64,000 nt of DNA from Alphaproteobacteria bacterium (GCA_965243135.1 OZ251539.1:3552001-3616000); one strand, 5' to 3'. Counted from the first letter of the stretch, positions 1 through 10,758 are shown. The notes: a model not told the origin generated them from the letters alone. Numbers and translations are program-made.

Positions 1-425
1 AGATCGGGCAGATCGACAATGCCTTTTTCGTTTTTCGGGCAAACGGCGATTACGGCCTTCAACGCCGGCCAGTCGTATAAACTCCGGAGGCGATACGTCC
101 GGGACCTGAGCTCGTCATTCGGCGCGTCCGTGGAATTACGACGCATAGCGTCCATCTGCTCCGAAGTGATGGCATCGGGCGGCACGCCCTCCGCGTCGCT
201 GTCGCCCAAAACGATCAACAAATCGCAAAATGCCGAAACCCACGTTTCGTCGTCGATGTCTCCTAGCGCCTGACGGACCCGGTTTCGCAGCGTCGCCTCC
301 GACGAATTCCCCTCCATACCCGCGAATTTGCAAACGAGCTCGGCCTGCTGATCCGTCGTTCGCATTCCCAAGCTTGCGGTCGCGCCGGATCCCCAAAAAA
401 TGACGGTTTTCCCCGCTTGATTCAT
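1..425 (-). CDS. 5' part of putative SIR2-like domain protein (runs off window edge)
   Basis: Not in ORF track. Manual translation from ATG 425 is open to base 1: MNQAGKTVIFWGSGATASLGMRTT...LYDWPALKAVIAVCPK. It has a beta-strand + GxGA(S/T) sirtuin-like N-terminal motif and an ATGA overlap with the stop of 422..877. Confidence 0.6.
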   Translation of the reverse strand, partial: MNQAGKTVIFWGSGATASLGMRTTDQQAELVCKFAGMEGNSSEATLRNRVRQALGDIDDETWVSAFCDLLIVLGDSDAEGVPPDAITSEQMDAMRRNSTDAPNDELRSRTYRLRSLYDWPALKAVIAVCPKNEKGIVDLPD

Positions 426-877
426 CCGACTGATTTAGAGGTTTTGGCTGGTACTTTGATGCCGACAAGCTCGATTTCTTTTATGTCTATATCGTCTCCA
501 TTTAGCTTTATTTTTGCCGTTAATTTTGTTGCATTGACGGCAGGTGCAGACAGACCTGATTTTAGGTCTGGGTTCTTTACTTGTAATTCAACATGATCCT
601 CATTCATTTTTAACAGTATGGAATGATAGAAATAACAATTTTCCGATTCATCGTTTCCATTGGCGTTTTTTCTGTCAGTCCGAAATTTGGCGTAATTTTT
701 GCAGCCAATTTTCACGATATGCTCTGCATCGGGCACGAAATATACTTTCACGTCCAGACCATAATTTGAAAATTCAGGACCAATTTTGTAACTAATTGTG
801 CCGTTAGACCTGAGTGTCTTTTTCTTGATGAATTCTAGGGATTGGTCTTCTTTTCCCGACCTGCCGTTGCTTGCCAT
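422..877 (-). CDS. hypothetical protein (~151 aa, AT-rich orphan)
   Basis: ORF 422..931. GGAGG RBS lies upstream of ATG 877 (MASNGRSG...). Translationally coupled to the downstream SIR2-like gene. Confidence 0.65.
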   Translation of the reverse strand: MASNGRSGKEDQSLEFIKKKTLRSNGTISYKIGPEFSNYGLDVKVYFVPDAEHIVKIGCKNYAKFRTDRKNANGNDESENCYFYHSILLKMNEDHVELQVKNPDLKSGLSAPAVNATKLTAKIKLNGDDIDIKEIELVGIKVPAKTSKSVG

Positions 878-1129
878 AATACATAACCTCCAAAACGTCG
901 TTGGATTGGCCGAATGCCGCTCAATAAGCACCGTTGCCGTTGCCTGTCAACCAAATAGCATCGTCTTGGTGCAAACGCGCCACCCAGTTGACAGGCTACA
1001 GGAAGGCCAGTCCCAATGTCTGAGCGAGGCGCCTCTCCCCGCTGACGCCTAACCGTGCCTCCCGGCGCCGTGCGCGTGCCGGCTTTTCGGGTTATGATCG
1101 TCCGGCAGCGTAGCGAAAGCCGTTCGACC

Positions 1130-2506
1130 ATGCGCTTCTTCAACACGCCGGCCCGAACCGGCCCGAATTGCACTATTGCATCCCGGCGCTGGAACGTCTG
1201 GATGTGGACGAGACGCTCCGGCTCGTTCGCGACGAGAAGTATTTCACGCTGCACGCCCCGAGGCAGACGGGCAAGACATCCGTTCTGCTCGCCCTGCAGG
1301 GTCTGCTGATCCGGCAGGGCTACCATTGCCTGTACGCCACCGTCGAGGAGGCGGGTAGCGGCCTCGAAGACGTGGAACGGACGGTGCGGACTGTGCTCGA
1401 CAATCTGGCTTACGAGGCGCAGGAGGCGCTCGACGATTCCTTTCTGACGGAAGTCTGGCCCACCATCCTTGCCGAATCCGGCCCCGACCTGGCTTTGGGA
1501 ATGGCGCTGCAGAGATGAGCGAAGGCATCGCCGAAGCCGCTGGTGCTGCTGATCGACGAGATCGACGCCTTGCAGGGCGGATCGCTGCTTTCCGTGCTCC
1601 GGCAGTTGCGCGCGGGTTACCGCAAGCGTCCGGGAGGCTTTCCGCAAAGCGTGGTGCTGTGCGGGATGCGGGACGTGCGCGACTACCTCATCGACTCGAC
1701 CGGCAGCCCCTTCAACATCGTCGCGAAGTCGCTGCGTCTGGGCGACTTCAGCCGGGAGGAGGCGCTGGCGCTGCTCGGCCAGCATACCGCCGAGACGGGG
1801 CAGGCGTTCACGGCGGGGGCGCAGGAGACGGTGTGGGAGCAGACCCTGGGCCAGCCGTGGCTGGTGAACGCGCTGGCGCAGGAAGCCTGCTTCGAGAGCG
1901 CGTCCGGGCGCGACCGCTCGCGCGCCGTGACGGGCGGCGACATCGCCGACGCACGGGAGCGGCTCATCCTGAGCCGGGTGACGCATCTGGACTATTTGGC
2001 GTACAGGCTCGGGGAGGACCGCGTGCGGCAGGTGATCGAGCCGCTGTTGAGCGGCGGCGACCGCCGCCGCGCCGCCAACCTCGACACCGAATACGTGCGG
2101 GATCTCGGCCTGATCGCGAAAGACGCGCCGCCGCGCATCGCCAACCCGATCTATGCGGAGGTGATCCTGCGCGAACTGACCTTCGAAGCCCAAGACGAGG
2201 AAGACTCGGCTTGATAGGTCGGCGCCGACAGCGGCGGGCGGGCGGGAGTTCGGGCTGTGCCGGGGGCGCGTCGACCTGCTGATCGTCTGGCCGAAGGGCG
2301 ACGGCGAGCAGAAGTTCGTGGTCGAGTGCAAGGTGCTGCGCGGGAGCCTGGAGACGACGGTCGCCGCGGGGCTGGAGCAGATCGCGGGTTACCGCTGCGC
2401 GGCTGAGACGGGCCGCCTTGTGCTCTTCAACCGCGACGAGAAGAAGCTCTGGAGCGAGAAGATCTTCCGTCGCTCGGAATCGAACGTCGAGATCTGGGGC
2501 ATGTAG
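1130..2506 (+). pseudogene. AAA ATPase with C-terminal PD-(D/E)XK-like domain ('MRFFNT' family), disrupted
   Basis: MRFFNT start, Walker A (HAPRQTGKTS), Walker B (LLIDEID), SPFNI, PWLVNAL, IANPIY, C-terminal VECK...VEIWGM. Split by frameshifts, an in-frame TGA at 1516 and a deletion near 2210. Confidence 0.85.
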
Positions 2507-2723
2507 TGGACGGCTTCCCCGCAGATCGCCAGAATTTACATGCGGCAATCGGCCGGGCAGCGGCTCTCGTCTACATGCCGCGGGAACCGGACACTGCCTT
2601 GGCAACTACCTTCGTGGACATGTCCGACCGGGCGCGAGAACTTAACCGGACAAGCGGACGAGGTCGCCGGAAACGAACGGGAAACCGCGTGGCCACAACG
2701 ACATCAAAGGGCATACTGCGCGC

Positions 2724-3455
2724 ATGATCGCGTTGTTCACCGATTTCGGCGCGGCGGGACCCTATGTCGGCCACATCAGAGCTGTCCTCCTCCGGGAAGC
2801 GCCTGAAGTGCCCGTGATCGACCTGCAGCACGATGCGCCGCCGTTCCAAGCGCAAGCGTCCGCCTACCTGCTTGCGGCGCTGACCGGCGCCTTTCCGGAC
2901 GACGCGGTTTTCCTCTGCGTCGTCGACCCGGGCGTCGGCGGCGACCGGGTGCCTGCGATAGTCGAAGCCGACGGACGCCGCTTCGTGGGCCCCGACAACG
3001 GGCTGTTCGAAATCGTCATGCGCCGCGCCTCGAGAGCGTCCTTCAGACGAATCGTCTGGCGGCCGGACAATCTGTCGGCGAGCTTTCACGGCCGCGACCT
3101 GTTCGCTCCGGCGGCCGCCCGTATTGCGCTCGGAAAAGAGGTGGAAACCGAGGAACGCCCCGTCGACGAGGCGCGCCGCCGACACTGGCCGGACGACCTG
3201 CAGGAAGTGATCTATCTCGATGTCTACGGCAACGCCATGACCGGCGTCCGCGCGAATCGGATTCCCTCGTCCGCCGTTATCGACGTCGCCGGCCGTGAAC
3301 TCGCGCGGGCGAGAACGTTTTCGGACCTGCCCGAGGGCGCGGCGTTCTGGTACGAGAATTCCTCCGGCCTCGTCGAGTTCGCCGTCAACCGCGGAAATGC
3401 CGCCGCGACCCTGGGCCTCCGGGTCGGCGCGACCTTCTCGATAAACGCGGCGTAG
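2724..3455 (+). CDS. SAM hydroxide adenosyltransferase / DUF62 (chlorinase-fluorinase family)
   Basis: TDFG, VVDPGVG, GPDNGL, SFHGRDLF, DVYGN, NSSGLVEFAVNRG motifs. Confidence 0.92.
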   Translation: MIALFTDFGAAGPYVGHIRAVLLREAPEVPVIDLQHDAPPFQAQASAYLLAALTGAFPDDAVFLCVVDPGVGGDRVPAIVEADGRRFVGPDNGLFEIVMRRASRASFRRIVWRPDNLSASFHGRDLFAPAAARIALGKEVETEERPVDEARRRHWPDDLQEVIYLDVYGNAMTGVRANRIPSSAVIDVAGRELARARTFSDLPEGAAFWYENSSGLVEFAVNRGNAAATLGLRVGATFSINAA

Positions 3456-3499
3456 AACGTGAAAATCCGCCGAAGGACGGCCTCTCCCCGGTCGCAGTC

Positions 3500-4255
3500 A
3501 TGGACCGCCTGATCGGCGACCCGGTCTTCGCCGCCGTCTCGGTCGGCGCCGTGCTCCTCGCCGGACTGTCGAAAGGCGGCTTCGGAGGCGGAATCGGTTT
3601 CGTCGGCGTACTGGCGCTCGCGCAGGTATCGTCGCCTGCCCAAGCGGTCGCCATAATGCTGCCCATCCTTTGCATCATGGACCTTATCGGCGTTCACGCC
3701 TATCGCAGGCATTGGGACGGACCGAGCCTGAAGGTGCTGGGAATCGGAAGCATGATCGGCATCGTCCTCGGCATGGTGGTCTTCCGATGGGTCGACGAGC
3801 AGTTCGTGCGGCTGATGGTCGGCGCGATCGCGGTCGCCTTCTTCGTCGATTTCTTCCGTTCCGGCGGCGAAAAAGCCGCCGCGCGCATCTTTCCGAAACC
3901 GATAGGCTACGGCCTCGGAGCCGTGGCGGGCTTCACCAGTTTCCTCATTCACGCCGGACTGCCGCCGGTCGCGATGTACCTGCTGCCGCAACGGCTGGAC
4001 AAGCGGGTGCACGTCGGCACGCTGGTCATCCTCTTCTTCGTCATCAACTACGCCAAGATCGTCCCCTACTGGTGGCTCGGCCTGCTCACGACGGACAATA
4101 TGGCGGCCTCGTTGATGCTGGCGCCGCTCGCTCCGGTGGGCATGCTGATCGGCATCAAGGTCAATCACATGATTTCGCAGAAATGGTTCACCCGCGCGAG
4201 CTACGTCATTCTGTTCGCGCTCGGTCTGCGGATGGTCTACGAGGGACTCGCGTAG
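3500..4255 (+). CDS. sulfite exporter TauE/SafE family membrane protein
   Basis: GLSKGGFGGG, HAGLPP, NYAKIVPY motifs; ~8 TM segments. Confidence 0.9.
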   Translation: MDRLIGDPVFAAVSVGAVLLAGLSKGGFGGGIGFVGVLALAQVSSPAQAVAIMLPILCIMDLIGVHAYRRHWDGPSLKVLGIGSMIGIVLGMVVFRWVDEQFVRLMVGAIAVAFFVDFFRSGGEKAAARIFPKPIGYGLGAVAGFTSFLIHAGLPPVAMYLLPQRLDKRVHVGTLVILFFVINYAKIVPYWWLGLLTTDNMAASLMLAPLAPVGMLIGIKVNHMISQKWFTRASYVILFALGLRMVYEGLA

Positions 4256-4266
4256 GCGCGACGCCG

Positions 4267-5085
4267 TCAGCCGCCGCGGCGGATCAGCAGCGCCTTGATT
4301 TCTTCCAGTTCGCGCCGGAGTTCCCGGTATTCGGCCGAACGCAGGCTGTGCTCCTCGTGAACCACGTCGCTGACTTCCTCGACCGCTTCCTTTTTCTCGT
4401 CCGCATGAATGGTCTGCATGGAGTCGATGATGATCGCGATGAAGAGGTTGAGAACGGTGAAACTGGAAAGCGTTATGAACGTGACGAAGACGGCCCAGGC
4501 CCAAGGATAAACCTCCATCACCGGGCGAACGATGCCCATCGACCAGCTTTCCAGCGTCATGATCTGGAACAGGCTGTACATGGAGTCGCCGACGGTTCCG
4601 AACCATGCGGGGAACTCGCTGGCGAACAGCTTGGTCGTGATCACGGAGAAGACGTAGAAGACGAGCAGCAAGAGGGCGCCGATGGAAACGACGCCGGGCA
4701 CGGCGTGTAGAAGCGCGCCGACCACGCGGCGCAGCCGGGGAACCGCCGAAACCAGACGAAGCACCCGCAGAACGCGCAGAGCGCGCAGCACCGAGAGTCC
4801 GCCGCTCGACGGAATCAGGGTGATCGCCACCACGAGGAAGTCGAAGACGCTCCATGGATCGCGGAAGAACCTCGGACCGTGCGCGAACAGCCGCAGGACG
4901 ATCTCCACGCAGAAGATCGCGATCACGGCCTGATCGAACATGACCAGTTCCGGTCCGATCAGGGCCATCGCAGTCTGCGAGGTCTCCAGACCGAGGGTTA
5001 CGGCGTTCACCGCGATCAGGGCCATGATGGCGGTTTGAAATCTGCGGTTTTCGACCAGCAGGCGAACGCGCCTCCTGATGCCCAT
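4267..5085 (-). CDS. bacterial voltage-gated sodium channel (BacNav/NaChBac family)
   Basis: S4 LRALRVLRVLRLVS, selectivity filter TLESWSM, S6 LNLFIAII, C-terminal coiled coil; start MGIRRR at 5085 with AGGGGAG RBS. Confidence 0.93.
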   Translation of the reverse strand: MGIRRRVRLLVENRRFQTAIMALIAVNAVTLGLETSQTAMALIGPELVMFDQAVIAIFCVEIVLRLFAHGPRFFRDPWSVFDFLVVAITLIPSSGGLSVLRALRVLRVLRLVSAVPRLRRVVGALLHAVPGVVSIGALLLLVFYVFSVITTKLFASEFPAWFGTVGDSMYSLFQIMTLESWSMGIVRPVMEVYPWAWAVFVTFITLSSFTVLNLFIAIIIDSMQTIHADEKKEAVEEVSDVVHEEHSLRSAEYRELRRELEEIKALLIRRGG

Positions 5086-5350
5086 TGTCGGCTCCCCTTG
5101 TTTGAAGCGGGTTTCTATCCAAGATCGCCGCCGATGGCCACACGAACAGGGCTGCGGAAAAGCCTCTTCGCGGCATCTTTCGCCCCGGCGACGCCGCGCA
5201 CGCCGCGGCGCCGGGCAAGCGAACGGCCGGGCGCGTCCGCTGCATTGCCGTACCCCAGGATGCGCAGCGGGCGGCGGCGCCCGCACGCCGATCCCAAACG
5301 GCGAGGCAACGACCGCCTTCGCGCGGCGGCTTCCGCGCCACGCGCCACGA

Positions 5351-6535
5351 TCAGAATTGCGCCGTGCCGGACGGCAAGCCGAGGGCGACGCGCCCGTACA
5401 GCGTGGAGCACATGTCGCGGTTCAAGCTGATGTGCTTCGACGCCGCGTGCAGGTCGCGCCAGTAGCGCTGAATCAGGCCGTCGCCGGAGAGCCCGGCGCC
5501 GCCGACGCTCTCGAACAGCAGATCGACCGCGCGCCGCGCGAGACCGACCGCAAAAGCGAGATCGCCCTTGTTGCGGGCGCGCTCTAATTCCGTCAGAGGC
5601 CGCCCCTCCGCCATCACCCGGAGGATGTCGCGGCAGTCGCGGCGCACCAGCAGTCTGGCGGCGTCCACCGTCGCCGCGGCTTCCGCGACGCGAGCCTGGA
5701 TGGTCGGAAATTCAGCCATTCCGACCGCGCGGCTCAGCGCCGCGCCGCGCGTCTTGCGCGTTCCGACTTCCTCAAGATAGGTCTCCAGCGCTCCCTGAGC
5801 CATTCCGATCGCCGGCGCGCAAAGACAGATCGTAATGGCGGCGAAGAAAGGCACCTTCCACAGATCGCCGCGGTTGACGGAAGCGCCCGGCGGTTCGCCC
5901 GACAGGGCGTCCTCGAGAGACAACATGCGGTGGGCCGGCACGAACGCGTCGTCGACCAGAACGTCGCTGCTGCCGGTGCCGACAAGGCCGATCACGTCCC
6001 AATTGTCTTCGACGGCGAAGTCGGCTTTCGGAACGAGAACGTAGCCCTGTCCGTCAGGTTCGGACCGTCCGTCCGCGGCCACGCGCACGCCGAGAATGAT
6101 CCACTCGGCGTTGAGGACCCCGGAACAGTAGAGCCACCTGCCGCTCAGCCGATAACCTCGGCCGGTCGCGACCGCGACGCCCGCGGGCGAATAGGACGAC
6201 GCCGAGATTGCCCCGGGATCGGCGCCCCATACGTCCTGTTGGGCGCGGTCGTCGAACATGCCGATCTGCCATTGATGCGCCGCCGCCGTCGAATAGACCC
6301 ATGCGGTCGAACCGCATCCGGCCCCGATCTCGGCGGCGCAGCGCACGAACGACCACAGGTCCAGTTCGAATCCGCCGTAACGAGCGGGTTGAAGAACCTT
6401 GTACAATTCGGCTTTTCGGAGATCGGCGACGCTTTCGTCGGGGACGCGGCGCGCGCGTTCGGTTTCGCGCTGGCGCGCCCGAAGCGCCGGTTTCAGGGCG
6501 GCGGCGCGGCCTACGAGTTCATTTGCGGAAGTCAT
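5351..6535 (-). CDS. flavin-dependent monooxygenase, acyl-CoA dehydrogenase family (HsaA/C2-like)
   Basis: LQPARYGG, GCGSTAW, LSGRWLYCSG, WDVIGLVGTGS, IQRYWRDLH. Confidence 0.88.
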   Translation of the reverse strand: MTSANELVGRAAALKPALRARQRETERARRVPDESVADLRKAELYKVLQPARYGGFELDLWSFVRCAAEIGAGCGSTAWVYSTAAAHQWQIGMFDDRAQQDVWGADPGAISASSYSPAGVAVATGRGYRLSGRWLYCSGVLNAEWIILGVRVAADGRSEPDGQGYVLVPKADFAVEDNWDVIGLVGTGSSDVLVDDAFVPAHRMLSLEDALSGEPPGASVNRGDLWKVPFFAAITICLCAPAIGMAQGALETYLEEVGTRKTRGAALSRAVGMAEFPTIQARVAEAAATVDAARLLVRRDCRDILRVMAEGRPLTELERARNKGDLAFAVGLARRAVDLLFESVGGAGLSGDGLIQRYWRDLHAASKHISLNRDMCSTLYGRVALGLPSGTAQF

Positions 6536-6584
6536 CTCCGTGGATACTGAAACAGCCGCTGCGCCCTGTCCAGAAGCCGACCGC

Positions 6585-7241
6585 CTATTCGAGGACGCGG
6601 TCCTCGCTCAGCTTCCCGGCGCGGGCGCGCTGAGCCGCATCGAGAACCGTCTCCAGCTGCGCGCGCGCGTCGGACGCGCCCTCGACGCCGCGGGATTCGG
6701 CCGCCCGGAACCAGGCCCATGCTTCGGCGAGATCCTTCTCCGCGCCTTCTCCGCGCGCGTAGAGCCACCCGAGGTTCAGTTGCGCCGGCCCGTATCCCCG
6801 GCGCGCCGCCTCGACGTACCAGCCGCCCGCTTCGGACCGCTCGTCTCCATTCCCGTTCTCCAGCATGTGCGCGAGATTGAACGCCGCCTCGACGATTCCC
6901 TGGCGCGCCGCGCGCCGGTACCAGATCAACGCGCCGTCTCTGTCGACGGCCGTTCCCGAGCCGAACTGAAAGGCTGTCCCCACCTTGTACTGCGCCTCCG
7001 GATGGCCCTGCCGGGCCGCCTGGAAAAACCATCGGAAGGCCTTTTCCGGATCCCGGTCCCGGGATCCCTCGCCTCGCTCGTAGAGAAGTCCGAGAAGGAA
7101 ACTCGCCGAGGGCGATCCCGATTCGGCTTCGCGCTCGTACCAGCGCATGGCTCCGCCGTAGGACTCGGCAGGCTGGGCGATCGCTTGCGCAGACGCGCAC
7201 GAAACGGCCACTGCAACCGCTAAAGCGTAGAATCGGAACAT
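6585..7241 (-). CDS. Sel1-like repeat secreted protein
   Basis: Signal peptide followed by repeated A..G...AQ(Y/F/L)NLG..Y..G.G units. Confidence 0.9.
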   Translation of the reverse strand: MFRFYALAVAVAVSCASAQAIAQPAESYGGAMRWYEREAESGSPSASFLLGLLYERGEGSRDRDPEKAFRWFFQAARQGHPEAQYKVGTAFQFGSGTAVDRDGALIWYRRAARQGIVEAAFNLAHMLENGNGDERSEAGGWYVEAARRGYGPAQLNLGWLYARGEGAEKDLAEAWAWFRAAESRGVEGASDARAQLETVLDAAQRARAGKLSEDRVLE

Positions 7242-7578
7242 GCGGGGTCAATTCTCGATACGGGAGGCAAGCTGGCGACGAACGGGGCTATCGTCCCGTC
7301 ACTATCACGAAACCGTCGTCCATCCAACCTCGCAGGAGCTTCATGCGGCAAGCGACGCGAAAGCGCCGGACGTCGGGCCGCCGCGGGAACGAAGCGGCGC
7401 TTTTCCGAAGCCGGAGGCCGAGTCGGCGCCGGAGGGCGAACCGGCCCGCGAGCGCCGCGCCGAATCGTCGCGGTCGCGTCGCCGAGAGCGGGCCGCCGGA
7501 CCGGGAAAAACCGTCGGTCCCGCGGAGCGCCGACGAAACCGTCCGAGGATTTTTCCGGCGGCCGGCCGCCGAGGCCGC

Positions 7579-8583
7579 TCATTCGGGACGGCGCCTGACG
7601 TCGACGACGATCCGGCCACGGACATCGCCGTCAAGAATGCGCCGCCCGAGCCCGATCACGTCCTCGAGGCCGACCACGCTCGTCAGTCCCGACAGGGATT
7701 CGGCCGGCAAGTCGCGCGCGAGCCGCCGCCACGCCGTCCGGCGGCGCTCGTAGGGGCACATCACGGAATCGATGCCCAAGAGTTTCACGCCGCGCAGCAG
7801 AAACGGGATCACGGTGGTTCGAAGTTCGCTGCCGCCGGCGAGTCCGCAGGACGCAACCGCTCCCTCGCGGGCGATCTGCGGCAGAATCGCCGCCAGCGTC
7901 GTTCCGCCCACCGCGTCGACGCAGCCGGCCCACCGTTCGGAAAGGAGGGGACGCGAGGGAGCCTCGGCCAGCTCGGCGCGGTCGACGACTCCGGCCGCGC
8001 CGAGGGATTTCAGGCCTTCGGCGAGTTCCATGCGTCCGGTCGACGCGGTCACGCGGTATCCCAACCTGGAGAGCAGGGCGACGGCGACGCCGCCGAGACC
8101 GCCGTTGGCGCCCGTCACCAGCACCTCGCCGCCGACGGGCGACAGGCCGGCCTCTTCCAGGGCCATGACGGCCAGCATGGCGGTGAAGCCGGCGGTGCCG
8201 ACGGCCATCGCCTGTTCGTTGGAGAGTTCGTCCGGACATTTCACGAGCCAGCCGGCTTCGACCCGCGCCCGTTCCGCGTAGCCGCCCCAACGGGATTCGC
8301 CGACGCGCCAGCCGGTCAGGATCACCCGGTCGCCTTTCCGGTAGCGTTCGGACGACGACCGCGCGACCGTGCCGGCGAAGTCGATTCCCGGGACGTGCGG
8401 GTAGTCGCGCACCAGTCGGCCCAGGCCGTTCAGGACGAGCCCGTCCTTGTAGTTGAGGGTCGAATGGCTGACGTCGACGGTGACGTCGCCGTCGGGAAGA
8501 TCCTCGTCGGCCACCGTCGAGACCGCGGCCGTCACCTTGCTTTCCGCCTCTTCAAGGACGACGGCGCGAAATCGATCGCTCAT
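7579..8583 (-). CDS. acuI: acryloyl-CoA reductase AcuI/YhdH (MDR family)
   Basis: STLNYKDGL, PGIDFAG, GTAGFTAML, VTGANGGLG, PFLLRGVKLLGIDSV. Confidence 0.88.
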   Translation of the reverse strand: MSDRFRAVVLEEAESKVTAAVSTVADEDLPDGDVTVDVSHSTLNYKDGLVLNGLGRLVRDYPHVPGIDFAGTVARSSSERYRKGDRVILTGWRVGESRWGGYAERARVEAGWLVKCPDELSNEQAMAVGTAGFTAMLAVMALEEAGLSPVGGEVLVTGANGGLGGVAVALLSRLGYRVTASTGRMELAEGLKSLGAAGVVDRAELAEAPSRPLLSERWAGCVDAVGGTTLAAILPQIAREGAVASCGLAGGSELRTTVIPFLLRGVKLLGIDSVMCPYERRRTAWRRLARDLPAESLSGLTSVVGLEDVIGLGRRILDGDVRGRIVVDVRRRPE

Positions 8584-9419
8584 CTGCCATTCCCCGCGAA
8601 ATCGCCGCTCCCGCTCTTCCGGTCACGCATGCAGGCTTCATATAGCGAAAGACCGGAGACGGCAAACCGCTTCGTCCAACCGGCGGATGGGCGAACGACC
8701 TACCGAACGAAACGATGCGTCGGCAAGCGGAACGCGGAATCGACGATTGCATCGGGTTTCGCCGATCGGAATGCAGCGCAGCGAATGGCGGGCTCGCCCG
8801 TACGCTACGCGCAAGGTCATTCGGCGACATTTGTCCCAAGAATCGAGGCCATGCTTTCGCAACCGCTTTCGCTTTATCGTCGCTGTGCGTTCGTGCCGCG
8901 AAGACGGTGCCGAGGTCAGCGGCAATTCGGCTTCTTCACCTTGACGAGCATGTTGGGCCCGAATCAGTGCTATGGCATTTCGATTGTAGTTGCGCATGCG
9001 ATCACGGATAATATTCTCATCCGGATCATGATCTCCGTCGGTCCATCTTCAAGACCGACTTGTCCAGACTTCGAAAACATTGGTTTCAGTAACGAGGTCG
9101 CCTGCCATATTGTCGACTTCACGCTCCGCAACGGGCCGGGAGCCGCCGAAAACGTCGGCTCCCTGAGATGGTATTCGTAACTTTAAGATTTTGCTTGGTT
9201 TTTCTCAAGATGTCGCGAATTCCGAGCGTATTACTTTTTGGAGAGGCACATGTTCCTGTCTCGCCTCGCCATCCTGCCCGAAAACGCGGTCGGCGCCGGC
9301 CTGAGACCGGCATTCGAAGGACTTCATCTGGCAAATTGAATTTACGCGATCTTCAGAGGTTTGAACTTCGTTCCGATCGCGCCGGACGCTGAGCTGTCGC
9401 CGAAAGCGCCAAGCCGTTC

Positions 9420-9700
9420 CCCACCGCGACCTCGCCGCCGGACGAATCTTTCGAACAACAGGTTCGTTTCACCCCCTCGCAGCACCGACGCGGACGCCCT
9501 GTCGCGTGCAGACCGCAAGACGCAAGTTTACATGGACCTTGCCACGGCTCGATGTCGGCTCCGGCGTTCCTGTCCGGCCCGGAGCGCAAACGGCACGGCT
9601 CGCCATGAAAAACGAACGGCCCGTTCGCCGGCAGCCTGCGGCGATATCGAAATGAACCGCAGACAGCCCGAAGCTAACTGCGCGGAACGGGCCGTCGGCG
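9420..9700 (-). pseudogene. possible ISL3-like transposase N-terminal remnant
   Basis: Degenerate 'VHFDIAAG...' followed by Cys-containing fragments; 9583-9645 has an inverted copy at 56362-56423. Confidence 0.3.
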
Positions 9701-9749
9701 TCCCGGATCGCAGCGGCTTGTGCCTTGCGCATCGGCGCTCAAGGAGAAA

Positions 9750-9899
9750 AGGAGGGTTTTTCTCGGCGGCGGGGGCGTTTGCTGCAGCACCTTGACTCAC
9801 CGGGCAGCACGTCCTGAAACGGCATTCGCGGCAGAGATTGCCGACCGACCGCGTTGCGCTTCGGAATTGACGCGTTGCGCTTCGGAATTGATAGGGGGG
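9750..9899 (+). mobile_element. IS30-family right-end remnant with tandem-duplicated IR
   Basis: CCTTGACTCACCGG...GATTGCCGACCG...GCGTTGCGCTTCGGAATTGATAGGGGG. The 21-bp unit is duplicated at 9850-9870/9871-9891. Homologous to the right end of the IS30 remnant at 55341-55436. Confidence 0.75.
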
Positions 9900-9929
9900 A
9901 TAATAAAAGCGACATCAATTACCGTGAAC

Positions 9930-10045
9930 GCTCATATGTAGGTTCAAACGACGGCACGATACGCCCACTTGGCGCGGGACTCAGTGAAGGCGTCCGCTGC
10001 CAAGATCGCCGATAGCATCGGTGCGGATATTCTGACCGGAAGGAT
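9930..10045 (+). pseudogene. tyrosine recombinase/integrase C-terminal remnant
   Basis: Translates HM*VQTTARYAHLARDSVKASAAKIADSIGADIL (catalytic Tyr box II). Confidence 0.75.
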
Positions 10046-10153
10046 GGGATCGGATGTGACTTGAGCCGCTATTGAGGAACGCGAAGGGTGCACCATCCCG
10101 TTTGTGCATCGTCACCGCTGTCGTTATCATAGCAAAGGTGCTATGAGGGAGCG

Positions 10154-10483
10154 GTGGTGGATTGGAGCGTCGGAACCCTGAACGCGACGGTGGACAGGGA
10201 GCTTGGAGCGCTGTCCGTCGACATGCGGGCGCGGTTTGCGAGAATCTGCCAATTGATTACTGCGGTCGGGTTGGAGCGCGTGGGGGCGCCTCACGTCAGG
10301 CACCTGACCGGACCACTTTGGGAAATGCGTATGAGCGGTCGGGACGGGATATCGCGGGCGCTCTACGTTACGGCCGGGGAGAGGCGGGTCGTGGTAGTGC
10401 GGGTGTTCCTCAAGAAGACCCCGAAGACACCCCGCCGGGAGATTGATTTGGCGCTGCGACGCGCCAAGGAGGTAACAGGATGA
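10154..10483 (+). CDS. type II TA toxin, RelE/ParE (Gp49/HigB-like)
   Basis: PHVRHLTGPLWEMR...RALYV...FLKKTPKTPRREI. Confidence 0.92.
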   Translation: MVDWSVGTLNATVDRELGALSVDMRARFARICQLITAVGLERVGAPHVRHLTGPLWEMRMSGRDGISRALYVTAGERRVVVVRVFLKKTPKTPRREIDLALRRAKEVTG

Positions 10484-10758
10484 GCAAAGTGACCGATCTA
10501 CATGAGGAATGGAGCCGTGATCCGGATTATCGTGAGGCTTATGACCGGCTTGGCCCGGAGTTCGAACTCTCTCGCTCTCTCATCGAGGCCCGCACACGCG
10601 CCAAGCTCACGCAAGCCGAGCTCGCGGAACGGATGAAGACGACGCAATCGGTCGTGGCCCGGCTTGAGAGCGGCCGCACCTATCCTTCGGCCAGAACCCT
10701 CGAAAAGATCGCGCGCGCCACCGGTACCCGTCTTCGGATCAGTTTCGATCCAGCATGA
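10480..10758 (+). CDS. XRE-family HTH antitoxin
   Basis: LTQAELAERMKTTQSVVARLESG; ATGA overlap with the toxin. Confidence 0.92.
   Translation: MSKVTDLHEEWSRDPDYREAYDRLGPEFELSRSLIEARTRAKLTQAELAERMKTTQSVVARLESGRTYPSARTLEKIARATGTRLRISFDPA

Noticed and set aside
2724-3455. Fluorinase/chlorinase
   Set aside because: The FHGRD His and short length fit the common DUF62 SAM hydrolase, and there is no halometabolite cluster nearby.
4267-5085. Voltage-gated channel as a novelty
   Set aside because: Canonical TLESWSM BacNav of a well-known family.
835-9180. Long antisense or alternate-frame ORFs (835..2331, 3224..5341, 7240..9180 and similar elsewhere)
   Set aside because: Arg/Pro/Ala-rich shadows of real genes, expected in high-GC DNA.
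8640-9350. Possible gene in the lower-GC stretch after acuI
   Set aside because: No continuous frame or recognisable motif on either strand; left unannotated.
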